Shown here piece after piece: positions 17,285-27,460 of a DNA stretch of 64,000 nucleotides. This stretch comes from Candidatus Omnitrophica bacterium UBA6253 (GTDB lineage Bacteria > Omnitrophota > Gorgyraeia > Gygaellales > Profunditerraquicolaceae). A model generated the notes under the pieces. That model ran no database searches. It was not told the DNA's origin and saw only the letters and a list, made by a program, of their open reading frames with translations. Location of the stretch: positions 12,593 to 76,592 of the forward strand of contig DJVP01000008.1 of NCBI GenBank assembly GCA_002441245.1, given 5' to 3'. Each line of letters opens with the position of its first letter. The first letter of the stretch is position 1. The translations under genes and the position numbers were made by a program.

Positions 17285-18688
17285 TTATTTACCAATGCAG
17301 AAATCAGAAAAAATCCTGTCCAGGAGATCCTCCGTTAAATCCCTTCCCAGAATTTTATCTAAATTAAAACTGGCATCCTTTAAATCCTGCGTAAGGAATT
17401 CTAACGGAAGTTTATCAGTCAAGACGGATACGGCATTATTGAGCAATTTCTGAGCTTCTTTGAGCGCGCTGATATGCCTTAAATTACTCACCAGCATAAG
17501 TTCCGGGCCAGGCAACTTGCCCTGATAAACAAATTCACAAAGCGCATCTTCAAGCAGGTTGATATTTTTTCCCTTCTTGGCGGAAATTTCAACTACTGTC
17601 TGGAACACCTTAAAAATCTCCTTTTTCCTGAGCTTCGCCTTTAAATCAATTTTATTGATTACCGCAACCGCCCGCTTATTTTTTATTTCTTTAATCAGTT
17701 TTCGGTCGCTATCTTCTAATTTTCTGCTTGCGTCAAATAAAATAATTACCAGGTCTGCTGAACGTATATGCGTCTTTGCCCGGCCAACAGCTTTCTTTTC
17801 AACAATATCACGGGGTTTTAAAATCCCCGCAGTATCCACAATCCTCACCGGAATACCCTTTATATCAATCACTTCTTCAATTGAATCACGGGTAGTTCCG
17901 GCGACAGAAGTTACTATGGAACGTTCTTTTTTGGTTAGGGCATTTAAAAGAGAGGATTTACCCACATTTGGTTTTCCGCAGATAACTACGTGTATCCCAT
18001 CACGCAATATCCTGCCGGTTCTGGCGCTTTCCAGCAACTTGTTTAACTGAAACCTGACCGTATTAAGATCTTGGGATATTTTTACCATATCCTGTTTTTT
18101 AAGGTCTTCTTCGGGAAAATCAATATTCGCCTCTAAAATTACCAGCGTATTTAACAAGGCCTGGCGTAGCTTAGCTATTTCTTTTGACAGGCCTCCTTTT
18201 AGCTGTTCCAGGCCTATTTTTAAGGCAGAATCAGTCTTTGCGCGGATAATATCAATAACTGCCTCTGCCTGAGCCAAATCAATCCTGCCATTTAGAAATG
18301 CCCGTCTGGTAAATTCACCTGGAGAAGCCAGGCGGCAGCCATTCTCTAACACTAAATCCAGGACTTTACGCAAGGCAACAACTCCTCCGTGGCAATTTAT
18401 CTCCACAACATTCTCCCTGGTATAAGAATGCGGAGAACGCATTATCGTAAGGATAACCTCATCAAGTATCTGACCCCCATGGATTATCTTACCATAATGC
18501 ATAGTATAGGTTTTAAACCCTGATGGCTTTGCCTCATTTTTGCCAACGAATACGCTATCGGCAATAGCCAATGCCCGCGGCCCGCTTAAACGCACAATCC
18601 CTACTGCTCCTTCTCCAGAGGCAGTAGAAATTGCGGCAATTGTATCATTGAGGTTATCTATAAGCATCTCTAAATTCACCAACCACAA
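17285..18688 (-). CDS. mnmE: tRNA modification GTPase MnmE (TrmE)
   Basis: 467 aa. G-domain GKPNVGKSSLLNAL and the C-terminal CIGK motif. Confidence 0.9.
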   Translation of the reverse strand: MWLVNLEMLIDNLNDTIAAISTASGEGAVGIVRLSGPRALAIADSVFVGKNEAKPSGFKTYTMHYGKIIHGGQILDEVILTIMRSPHSYTRENVVEINCHGGVVALRKVLDLVLENGCRLASPGEFTRRAFLNGRIDLAQAEAVIDIIRAKTDSALKIGLEQLKGGLSKEIAKLRQALLNTLVILEANIDFPEEDLKKQDMVKISQDLNTVRFQLNKLLESARTGRILRDGIHVVICGKPNVGKSSLLNALTKKERSIVTSVAGTTRDSIEEVIDIKGIPVRIVDTAGILKPRDIVEKKAVGRAKTHIRSADLVIILFDASRKLEDSDRKLIKEIKNKRAVAVINKIDLKAKLRKKEIFKVFQTVVEISAKKGKNINLLEDALCEFVYQGKLPGPELMLVSNLRHISALKEAQKLLNNAVSVLTDKLPLEFLTQDLKDASFNLDKILGRDLTEDLLDRIFSDFCIGK

Positions 18689-19970
18689 ATAAAGATCCAG
18701 TAACTAATATTAAATCCATCTTACCTGCAATTTTCAAAGCAAGTTTCTTTGCCTCTTTTACTCCAGCGGTTAAAAACACCTCTCCCCTTTTATCGATGAG
18801 GTATCTCTTTAAGTCTTCAGGTTTTACTGCCCGCGGATTATCAGCGCGTGTTAAGATAATTTTATGCGCCAGGCCGCAAAGCTGGCTAAGTATCCCTTTA
18901 ACATCTTTATCAAGCGAAACACCAAGCACTAATATCAGCTTCTTGTATTTAAAAATGTCTTTGACTGCTGATTTTAAAACCATGGCGGATGCGGCATTCT
19001 GGGCGCCATCAACTACGATATAAGGCTTACGCCAAAGCACCTCCAGCCGGCCAGGCCAAAGAGTATTATAGAGCCCTTTTCTCACGCAATCAACACTGAC
19101 TTTATAACCGTAAGCGCCTAAAGCTTCAATTATGCCAACGGAAAGAGTGGCATTAATCAGCTGGTGCCCGCCTAAAAGATTAATCCGTAAATTAGTATAA
19201 TTGTTATTTACCCCTTTTATTAAAAAATGTCTGCCTTTAGTAAAATATTCTATCTCTTTGCCAACCGTAAGGAGTTTTGCCTGCATGCCAGAGGCCGCAT
19301 TCTTGATAACAAGCGCTGCCTCTTTTTCCTGAGGAGAAGAAACAACAATTGCCTTCTGTTTTATAATTCCTGCTTTTTCTCCGGCGATACGGGTTAAAGT
19401 TTTGCCCAGATATCGGGTATGTTCATAGCTTATCGGGGTTATGGCGCAGACCAGGCTTTTTACGACATTAGTCGCATCCAGCCTGCCGCCCATGCCGGTT
19501 TCCATTACTACAAAATCCACTTTTTTTTCTTTAAAGTACAGCAAGGCCAATGCGGTATAAACCTCAAAAAAAGAAAGTTTGCCGAATCTTTTTATAACCG
19601 GTTTTAAGAAATTAACCAGGCGGATAAGATATTTCCTGGATATGGTGCCTTCAAATGGCAAAAGGGTACTTGCTTCGGTAGGCTTAAGAATACGGATACG
19701 CTCCCTGAAATCCGATAAATGCGGAGAGGTATACAGGCCAACGGAGAAACCTGCCTGCCTTAAAATGTAGGCGCAAAAAGCACATGTAGAACCCTTGCCT
19801 TTAGAGCCAGCGATATGAATAACTTTAAGTTTATCCTGGGGATTACTGATTAACTGTAAAAAGCTTCTGATTCTTTTAAGGCCGAGGGATTTTTTATAGG
19901 AATAACGGTTTATTCTTTCGTAATCAACAAGAGATTCCAGATATTTAACCGCTGAGTGATATCCATCCAT
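18654..19970 (-). CDS. folC: Bifunctional folylpolyglutamate synthase / dihydrofolate synthase
   Basis: 438 aa with a Mur-ligase fold. P-loop IHIAGSKGKGST. Confidence 0.85.
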   Translation of the reverse strand: MDGYHSAVKYLESLVDYERINRYSYKKSLGLKRIRSFLQLISNPQDKLKVIHIAGSKGKGSTCAFCAYILRQAGFSVGLYTSPHLSDFRERIRILKPTEASTLLPFEGTISRKYLIRLVNFLKPVIKRFGKLSFFEVYTALALLYFKEKKVDFVVMETGMGGRLDATNVVKSLVCAITPISYEHTRYLGKTLTRIAGEKAGIIKQKAIVVSSPQEKEAALVIKNAASGMQAKLLTVGKEIEYFTKGRHFLIKGVNNNYTNLRINLLGGHQLINATLSVGIIEALGAYGYKVSVDCVRKGLYNTLWPGRLEVLWRKPYIVVDGAQNAASAMVLKSAVKDIFKYKKLILVLGVSLDKDVKGILSQLCGLAHKIILTRADNPRAVKPEDLKRYLIDKRGEVFLTAGVKEAKKLALKIAGKMDLILVTGSLFVVGEFRDAYR

Positions 19971-21532
19971 TAATGCCTGAAGTGCCTTATGCCGGTTACG
20001 ACCATGGCAATTTTATATTTATCGCAGGCATCAATAATCTTCTGGTCAGCGATAGAACCACCTGGCTGGATTATCGCCTGAGCACCTGCCTTATGCGCCC
20101 AAGAGATCGCGTCCTCCTTCGGAAAAAACGCATCCGAAGCCATGCAGCAACCTTTACTCAAATTAGCGGATTTCTTTTTGGCAATCATCACTGAATCTAC
20201 ACGGGACATTTGGCCGGCGCCAATACCTACAGTCCTTGTCCCTTTGGTAAAAACAATGGCATTGGATTTAACATGCTTAGCTACCTTCCAACCAAAGATC
20301 AAGCTTTCCATTTGAGCCTTTGTTGGCCTTTTCTTAGTAACCACCTTAAGGTTACTTAAATCAAGAGCAAGCAGATCCTTTTCCTGTAAAAGCATTCCGC
20401 CACTGACACGTTTAAATTCCAGTTCAGCAATAACACTTAAGTCATCCAACTCCAATAGGCGCAGGTTTTTCTTGTTTTGGAATAATTTTAAAGTCTCTTT
20501 ATCATAAGCAGGAGCAATAATGCATTCAAGAAAACCGCTCTTAGCCACAACCTTGGCAGTGGATAAATCCATTTTCCTGTTTAATGCCACAATCCCGCCA
20601 AAGGCAGAAAGCTGGTCGCACTTCCAGGCATTTAAGTAAGCCTTATGCAAAAATTTGTCTTCGGCAGCTCCGCAAGGGTTGTTATGTTTAACGATAACCG
20701 CGGCCGGGTTTTTGAATTCTTTCAGCAATTCAAAAGCAGAATTTAAATCTAAAATATTATTGAATGAAAGTTCTTTCCCTTGCAACTGACGGGCATTAAC
20801 CAGGCCTTTTGTTTTGCCTTTTTCTTTGTAAAAGGCAGCCTGCTGATGGGGATTCTCGCCATAACGCAGACCCTGGACCTTTTCAAAAGATAAATCTAAT
20901 TCAGCAGGAAAACTATCTTTGGTTTTATGGATTTTAAAATAACTGCTCAAATAATTATATATGGCAGCATCATATTTACTAGTACGGGCATAAGCCTCAA
21001 TACCTAATTCGCGCATCAAATCTTCAGAGAGAGAACCATTATTCTTTTCCAATTCAGCAATTACCTGGGCATAACGCTCAGGTTCGCAAATTACCGCTAC
21101 AGACCGATGATTTTTTGCCGCTGAACGCAACATAGACGGTCCACCAATATCTATATTTTCAATAACCTCATTAATGCTTACCCCTGGCTTTCGGACAGTT
21201 TTCTCAAAAGGATAAAGATTGACCACAACCAAATCAATAAGCCCGATACCTTGTTCTTCCAATACCCGCATATGCTCACGGTTATTACGTAAGGCAAGCA
21301 GGCCTCCATGAATCTTAGGATGCAATGTTTTAACCCTTCCATCGAGCATCTCGGAAAATCCGGTATAAACAGAAACATCCTTGACCGGGATATTATTTTC
21401 ACGCAGCAGCTTTGCCGTACCCCCCGTAGAGATAATCTCCACGCCAAATTTCTTCAATGTTTCAGCCAAATCCAGGATACCAGTCTTATCCGACAAACTG
21501 ATAAGCGCCCGCTTGATCTTGACCATTATCAT
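19970..21532 (-). CDS. purH: Bifunctional AICAR transformylase / IMP cyclohydrolase
   Basis: 520 aa. N-terminal MGS-like ALISLSDKTGI...STGGTAK. The C-terminal AICARFT domain ends IRHFRH. Confidence 0.9.
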   Translation of the reverse strand: MIMVKIKRALISLSDKTGILDLAETLKKFGVEIISTGGTAKLLRENNIPVKDVSVYTGFSEMLDGRVKTLHPKIHGGLLALRNNREHMRVLEEQGIGLIDLVVVNLYPFEKTVRKPGVSINEVIENIDIGGPSMLRSAAKNHRSVAVICEPERYAQVIAELEKNNGSLSEDLMRELGIEAYARTSKYDAAIYNYLSSYFKIHKTKDSFPAELDLSFEKVQGLRYGENPHQQAAFYKEKGKTKGLVNARQLQGKELSFNNILDLNSAFELLKEFKNPAAVIVKHNNPCGAAEDKFLHKAYLNAWKCDQLSAFGGIVALNRKMDLSTAKVVAKSGFLECIIAPAYDKETLKLFQNKKNLRLLELDDLSVIAELEFKRVSGGMLLQEKDLLALDLSNLKVVTKKRPTKAQMESLIFGWKVAKHVKSNAIVFTKGTRTVGIGAGQMSRVDSVMIAKKKSANLSKGCCMASDAFFPKEDAISWAHKAGAQAIIQPGGSIADQKIIDACDKYKIAMVVTGIRHFRH

Positions 21533-21568
21533 TCCCCCTCTTGATAAAAATTATTTTCCCCGCATAAA

Positions 21569-22270
21569 TTACTTATTAAAACGGAAATTAACTAAATCTC
21601 CGTCCTGCATAATATATTCCTTTTGCTCAAGGCGCATCTTTCCTGCCTGCTTTGCCTGGGTCTCTCCGCCAGATTGGATGAAATCAGAAAAACTTATAAT
21701 TTCAGCCCGGATAAACCCCTGCTGAATATCAGAATGAATTGCCCCTGCAGCTTCCCAGGCAGTAGTTCCTTTCTTGATTAACCATGCCCTGTTTTCTTTA
21801 TCTCCCACGGTAAGAAAACAGATAAATCCGCTTTGCGCTAAAGTCTTAACCAACAGGTCGCCTATATTCCCTGGCTCTTCTTTATCTATCAATACCACTG
21901 GTTTAATAGTAAACAGGCCGTAACCGGAAATAAGCTCTTTATCTTCATTGGATAACCCGACGGTAGAAACAAATTCTTCTTTTTCCAGGGCCCCTTTCAT
22001 TTTATTTAATACTTCTTTTTCTTTCTCCTCCGGTTGCCTGCTTAAACGGGTTTCCACAAAATCTAAATCCCTCAAAATCAAATCCGTTTTGGCATCCTTC
22101 GGGGCAATGATCACATCCGACTCTAAAGCTGCGTCCTCGCCAGCTACCTCTACCTGTGCATAAGTCTTCTTCTTGGCCTTGACCAACTTGTCCGCCTGGT
22201 CGAGCTTGTCATCTTTTATGTTGTGCTTACCTAAAGTAATCTCCGTTATTGCAAATGCGCTTATTTTCAT
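21569..22270 (-). CDS. YchF (Obg-like ATPase)-related protein with only the helical insertion and C-terminal TGS domains; no G domain
   Basis: 233 aa. The C-terminus RAWLIKKGTTAWEAAGAIHSDIQQGFIRAEIISFSDFIQSGGETQAKQAGKMRLEQKEYIMQDGDLVNFRFN aligns with the YchF TGS domain. There is no P-loop, and only 10 nt separate it from the upstream gene. Confidence 0.6.
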   Translation of the reverse strand: MKISAFAITEITLGKHNIKDDKLDQADKLVKAKKKTYAQVEVAGEDAALESDVIIAPKDAKTDLILRDLDFVETRLSRQPEEKEKEVLNKMKGALEKEEFVSTVGLSNEDKELISGYGLFTIKPVVLIDKEEPGNIGDLLVKTLAQSGFICFLTVGDKENRAWLIKKGTTAWEAAGAIHSDIQQGFIRAEIISFSDFIQSGGETQAKQAGKMRLEQKEYIMQDGDLVNFRFNK

Positions 22271-22280
22271 AATTATTAAG

Positions 22281-24242
22281 TTAGTGGCTAACTTCCTCGT
22301 GTTTTTTGGTGGACTGATACTGGTTGATAATTGGCAAGGCTAATTTTTGCGGCAGGTTTTCGTAGTGAGACAGGTGCATCAAGTATGAACCGCGCCCAGC
22401 GGTGATTGAACGCAGGTCGTTGGTATACTTAAACATTTCCGATAAAGGCACCTGGGCCTTTACGAGTTGCGTTTTACCCTTAATCTCCATTCCTATAATC
22501 CGTCCGCGCCGGGAATTAATATCACCGGTAATGGCGCCTAAACATTCTTCGGGGATAGTAACCTCTATTTCCATGATTGGTTCTAATAAGGCCGGGCCGG
22601 CCTCGCTTACCGCTTTTCTTAAGGCCATCGCCCCTGCGATCTGAAAGGCCATGTCTGAAGAATCGACTTCATGGTATGAACCGTCTACCAAGGTAACCCG
22701 CACATCTTCTAACGGATACCCCGCAACCGCCCCTTCGCTGGCTGCCTGGCGCACGCCTTTTTCAACAGATGGGATAAAATTACGAGGGATTGCGCCCCCG
22801 AATATTTTATCCACAAACTCTAACCCCTTGCCTCTTTCTAAAGGCTGTATTTCAATAGTACAATCACCATACTGGCCCCGACCTCCGGATTGCCTTTTAA
22901 ATTTCCCCTGGACCCTTGCGCTTTTAGTAATCGTTTCTTTGTATGAAACCTTGGGAGTTCCCAATTCAACAGTAACATTGAATCTTTTTTTCATCCTGGC
23001 AACCATAACATCAAGGTGTAAATCTCCTAACCCGGAAATAATCAGTTCCTTGGTCTGTATATCATGAGAAACCTTAAATGTCGGATCATCCGTAGTCAAT
23101 TTATGCAAGGCCACGGCAATCTTTTCTTCATCCTCACGGGATTTAAGTTTTACCGATGCCGAGATCGACGGTTCCGGAAAAGATAAACGTTCGAACAAAA
23201 ATTGTTCCTTCTCTTGAGCCAAGGAATCAGAAACGCCGGTTTCTTTAAGTTTAGGGATAGCTATAAGGTCCCCACAGGAAGCCCCATCTAAACCCCTTTG
23301 TTCCCTACCCTGCAAAATATTAATCTGGCCGATCCTTTCTTTAGTCTTTTTGTTCACGTTATAAAAACTGGAGTTGGAACCAAGCGTTCCGGAAAAAACA
23401 CGCAACAGCGAAAGCTGCCCTACGTAAGGATCGGAAATATTCTTAAAAACAAAGGCTGAAAAAGGAGCTTCTTCCTTTAAAACCAGCTCCTTTATTTCAT
23501 CTGCTTTTAAGGGGTTGATGGCAATTACAGGAACCCTGTCTAAAGGGCTGGGGAAATACTGCAATATATCATCCAGCAAATCTTTGATTCCTTTATCCGT
23601 AAGCGCAGAACCAACAACTACCGGAAAAAGTTTACGCTTATAGACTGCTGCGGCCAACCCGCCCTTAATTTCGTCTATCGATAACCTTAATACTGAAAGA
23701 TATTTCTCCAGAAGGCTATCATCACTTTCAGCGATGGCTTCCATCAAAAGCGGATCTTCCAAAGACTCAATAATTACGCAGTTTTTAGAAAAACTTGATT
23801 TTAACTCTGCCAGCACCTTATTGGCATCAGCGCCTTCTTTGTCAATTTTATTAATGAATATCAAACAGGGGAGGCCTGCTGCTTCAACCATCTGCCAAGC
23901 ACGCTCCGTACCTACCTGTATGCCGCTTGCAGCATCCATAACAATAACTGCACTGTCTACTGCGCGCAACCCCGCGATGGTCTCACCAAAGAAATCTGCG
24001 TAGCCGGGAGTATCAATAACCTGGATACGACAACCTTCATAATCACAAAAGAGCAAGCTTAAATTTATGGAATTTTTTCTTTCAATCTCATCAAAACTGT
24101 AATCGCTTACCGTAGAACCATCTTCCACCTTTCCCTTGCGATTAACAGTTTTTGTAAAATAAAGCAGGCTTTCGGCGAGCGTGGTCTTGCCTGACTGGGC
24201 ATGCCCTAAGAGGATAAAATTTCTTTTATTCTTAGCATCCAT
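22281..24242 (-). CDS. EF-G-family translational GTPase paralog
   Basis: 653 aa. G1 is LGHAQSGKTTL, then DTPGYADF and NKID. EF-G-like domains II-V follow. Confidence 0.8.
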   Translation of the reverse strand: MDAKNKRNFILLGHAQSGKTTLAESLLYFTKTVNRKGKVEDGSTVSDYSFDEIERKNSINLSLLFCDYEGCRIQVIDTPGYADFFGETIAGLRAVDSAVIVMDAASGIQVGTERAWQMVEAAGLPCLIFINKIDKEGADANKVLAELKSSFSKNCVIIESLEDPLLMEAIAESDDSLLEKYLSVLRLSIDEIKGGLAAAVYKRKLFPVVVGSALTDKGIKDLLDDILQYFPSPLDRVPVIAINPLKADEIKELVLKEEAPFSAFVFKNISDPYVGQLSLLRVFSGTLGSNSSFYNVNKKTKERIGQINILQGREQRGLDGASCGDLIAIPKLKETGVSDSLAQEKEQFLFERLSFPEPSISASVKLKSREDEEKIAVALHKLTTDDPTFKVSHDIQTKELIISGLGDLHLDVMVARMKKRFNVTVELGTPKVSYKETITKSARVQGKFKRQSGGRGQYGDCTIEIQPLERGKGLEFVDKIFGGAIPRNFIPSVEKGVRQAASEGAVAGYPLEDVRVTLVDGSYHEVDSSDMAFQIAGAMALRKAVSEAGPALLEPIMEIEVTIPEECLGAITGDINSRRGRIIGMEIKGKTQLVKAQVPLSEMFKYTNDLRSITAGRGSYLMHLSHYENLPQKLALPIINQYQSTKKHEEVSH

Positions 24243-24284
24243 ATCGCGCCCCTTTTTAGGAAGCAGGTACAGCTAGCCTAATAA

Positions 24285-25472
24285 CTATTCCAGGTAGGTA
24301 TAAATCTTGCCTTTATAATTACGCAGCACATATTTACCCTTGGCTTGAGAAAGAATATAATTCGGACCTATAGGAATCTTTCCGCCTCCACCCGGTCCAT
24401 CAATCACATAAGTCGGAACGGCATAACCTGAAGTATGACCGCGTAATTTCTCAATAATATTGATCCCGGTGGCTACAGGAGTGCGGAAATGCTGTGTACC
24501 CCTGACCGGATCGCACTGGTAAATATAATACGGCCTTACCCTTATCTGCAAAAGATCATGTACCAGGCGCCTCATAATATACGGCCGGTCATTAATCCCC
24601 TTGAGAAGTACTGACTGGCTGCCTAAAGGTACACCGGATTCCGAGAGCATATCACAGGCATTTTTACAGCGCTTGGTAATCTCTTTCGGATGATTAAAAT
24701 GTATACTCATCCAGATAGATGAATATTTCTTGAGCATATTCACTAGTTTATCCGTAATGCGCTGTGGAAGAGTAACCGGTATACGCGTGCCTATCCTTAA
24801 TAATTCAACGTGAGATATATCGCGAATTCTTGAAATCAGAGACTCCAAAACTTCATCCTCTAAAATAAGCGGATCGCCTCCTGAAATTAACACATCTCTT
24901 ATCTTGCGATTAGTTTTTATATATTCTATTGCCGCGTCAAATTTAGTTTCAGGGTTTAGCTCTTTTATTTCATGGTCTCCGACCAAACGTCTTCGGGTAC
25001 AATGCCGGCAATACATAGCGCAATGATCTGTAGCCAATAATAAAACCCTGTCTGGATACCGATGCACCAAATGAGGTACAGGAGAATCCCGGTCTTCAGC
25101 GCAAGGATCAGCCATCTCATGCGGGGAAACGGCGAATTCATCGCTAACCGGCACAGATTGCCTCCTTATAGGGCAATTCGGATCATCAACATCTATCAAG
25201 CTTGCCCAATAAGGAGTAATAGCCATAGCCAATCTCCCTCTGGCCTTATCAATCCCCTTTTCTTCCTGAGGAGTAAGCTTTATAATTTGAGTTAATTCTT
25301 CTTTGGTGCAAATCCTGTGCTTGAGCTGCCAATGCCAATCTTCCCAATCTAAAGGATTGACATCTTTATAAAGAGAAATTTGCTGATAATCCCGTGAACG
25401 CTTTGGCGGCCGCGGAATAACCGGTGTCTCAATCTGTACTTTTTGGCTTTCTAAACTTGAAGGATTGCTCAA
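24285..25472 (-). CDS. KamA-family radical SAM aminomutase (lysine 2,3-aminomutase-like)
   Basis: 395 aa. The CAMYCRHCTRRR CxxxCxxC cluster is in the KamA context, with the PLP-region GGDPL. Confidence 0.8.
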   Translation of the reverse strand: MSNPSSLESQKVQIETPVIPRPPKRSRDYQQISLYKDVNPLDWEDWHWQLKHRICTKEELTQIIKLTPQEEKGIDKARGRLAMAITPYWASLIDVDDPNCPIRRQSVPVSDEFAVSPHEMADPCAEDRDSPVPHLVHRYPDRVLLLATDHCAMYCRHCTRRRLVGDHEIKELNPETKFDAAIEYIKTNRKIRDVLISGGDPLILEDEVLESLISRIRDISHVELLRIGTRIPVTLPQRITDKLVNMLKKYSSIWMSIHFNHPKEITKRCKNACDMLSESGVPLGSQSVLLKGINDRPYIMRRLVHDLLQIRVRPYYIYQCDPVRGTQHFRTPVATGINIIEKLRGHTSGYAVPTYVIDGPGGGGKIPIGPNYILSQAKGKYVLRNYKGKIYTYLE

Positions 25473-26470
25473 TTTAGCCTTTTCCTTTCTGAGGCGCTTA
25501 TGAGTATTGCCTCAATAAGATCATCATATGCCATCCCTGCAGCATAAGCCATTATCGGAAAGTTAGATTCCTTGGGATCTAACCCCGGCAAGGGATTAAT
25601 CTCTAACACGTAAGGCGTATTAGTTTTATCCAAACGGATATCAGTGCGCGAAATATCCAAGCAGCCTACAGCGCGATGCGTGCGCAAAGCTACATCTTTG
25701 ACCTTCTCCTCAACATCTTTATCCAAGCGCGCAGGGCAATGAAATTCAGGGACTAATCCTAGTTCAGTATTGCCCTGAAATTCTTTCATTTTCCAGGAAT
25801 AAAAATATTCTCCGCTTTCTTTGCAATTAGAAAAGTCAATCTCCAGGATAGGCAGTACGCGTGTTTTTCCATTCTCCAAAATTCCCACCGTCAATTCTTT
25901 GCCTTCAATAAATTCCTCAACTAGGGCCTCTTGCCGGTATATATTTATACACTCTTTGACTTTTTTAAAAAGATCGTCTTTGCCATTGACCACATTTGTC
26001 TTATTTATACCCTTGGCCGATCCTTCGCAATTAGGCTTGACGATTAGCGGAAAAACCAGGTCTGCGGACAATTCTTCATCACCTTTTACAAAAAGCTGAA
26101 AATTAGGAGTAGGGATCCCCTCTGCCTTTAATATCTTTTTAGTTAAAGCTTTATTTAAGGCCAACGCTAACGAAAATGTATTGGATCCAGTATAAGGTAT
26201 ATTTAAATAATCGAGCACTGCAGGAACCTCGGATTCGCGGAAACGCCCATGCTTGCCTTCAGCTATATTAAAAACCATGTCCACGCTATTTTTCTTAAAA
26301 TAGGAAAACAGCGCCGGATACTCAACATCAATCCCCTCAACAGAATGCCCCTTATTCTTAAGCGCGCTGATCACAGAATTAATTGTCTCTTCGGAGTCAT
26401 ATTCAGAAAAATAATCAACCGGTTTCAAAGGATCCTTTTTTTTCAGGTTATAGGTCAAGGCAACTTTCAT
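25469..26470 (-). CDS. D-alanine--D-alanine-ligase-family ATP-grasp enzyme
   Basis: 333 aa with Ddl-like N-terminal, central and ATP-grasp C-terminal domains (EINPLPGL). It overlaps the KamA start by 4 nt. Confidence 0.7.
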   Translation of the reverse strand: MKVALTYNLKKKDPLKPVDYFSEYDSEETINSVISALKNKGHSVEGIDVEYPALFSYFKKNSVDMVFNIAEGKHGRFRESEVPAVLDYLNIPYTGSNTFSLALALNKALTKKILKAEGIPTPNFQLFVKGDEELSADLVFPLIVKPNCEGSAKGINKTNVVNGKDDLFKKVKECINIYRQEALVEEFIEGKELTVGILENGKTRVLPILEIDFSNCKESGEYFYSWKMKEFQGNTELGLVPEFHCPARLDKDVEEKVKDVALRTHRAVGCLDISRTDIRLDKTNTPYVLEINPLPGLDPKESNFPIMAYAAGMAYDDLIEAILISASERKRLN

Positions 26471-27460
26471 TTAATTTAAACCATTGCGGATAATGGCGCT
26501 ATTTAAAATCTTACCGACCATCTGTTCATAGGTGATGCCGATATTCTGGGCAACAAGCATAAAAACATCCTCGGTAGACAGAGAAGGCAATGGGTTAATC
26601 TCTAAAACATAAGGGTTACCGTTATTATCAACCCTGAAATCCACCCTGCCAAAATCCCGGCATTCTACACCGTTATAAACCCGTAAAGCTAAATCATTTA
26701 ATTTCTTTTTTAGTTCATGATTAATTTTAGCCGGACATATATACTCCAACCTGTCGGAAGTAATCCGCGCAAATGTATAGAACTTATCGTTTAATTTTAA
26801 TTTTCCGTCTATTTTAATCTGAACTACAGGCATAATTTCAGGATTTTCATTGCCAACAATAGCAACGGTGAATTCCTGCCCAGAGATAAATTCTTCAACC
26901 AAAGCCGGCTGCTTATATGTCTTAGTAATAAAATCAACCTGTTTTTTAAGTTCTTCCATATTTTCTACGCGAGAACTTTCACTCAATCCTTTTGATGAAC
27001 CTTCAAAACGCGGCTTTACAATTAACGGGAACTTACAGCGGGCATGATCAACCAAGGCATCCGCAGAGTTAACTTCAAAAAAATTTGGAGTAGGTATTCC
27101 TTCTGCGATAAAAATCTTCTTAGCCATAACTTTATCCAGTGTAAGCCCCAAGGTTAAAGCATCTGCCCCCACGAAGGGGATTTGCGCCATTTCAAGTAAA
27201 ACAGGAACCTGAGATTCACGGTTCCTGCCGGTAAGCCCTTCGGAAATATTAAAAACAATATCCACTCCCAGATTATCCATTTTCTCCAGCAGGTTAGTGG
27301 CATTACCTATTTTTTTCACCTTAAAGCCGTTTGCCGCAATAGCCTTACCGATAATATCAATAGTAGTAGGATGATCAAACTCCGCATTGGCATCCAGCGG
27401 ATCTCCTTTTTTAAACTTATAATCTGTTTTCAAGTCATAGGTTAAACCTACGGTTTTCAT
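26471..27460 (-). CDS. D-alanine--D-alanine-ligase-family ATP-grasp enzyme, tandem paralog
   Basis: 329 aa with the same architecture as 25469..26470 (EINPLPSL). It is directly adjacent to that gene. Confidence 0.7.
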   Translation of the reverse strand: MKTVGLTYDLKTDYKFKKGDPLDANAEFDHPTTIDIIGKAIAANGFKVKKIGNATNLLEKMDNLGVDIVFNISEGLTGRNRESQVPVLLEMAQIPFVGADALTLGLTLDKVMAKKIFIAEGIPTPNFFEVNSADALVDHARCKFPLIVKPRFEGSSKGLSESSRVENMEELKKQVDFITKTYKQPALVEEFISGQEFTVAIVGNENPEIMPVVQIKIDGKLKLNDKFYTFARITSDRLEYICPAKINHELKKKLNDLALRVYNGVECRDFGRVDFRVDNNGNPYVLEINPLPSLSTEDVFMLVAQNIGITYEQMVGKILNSAIIRNGLN

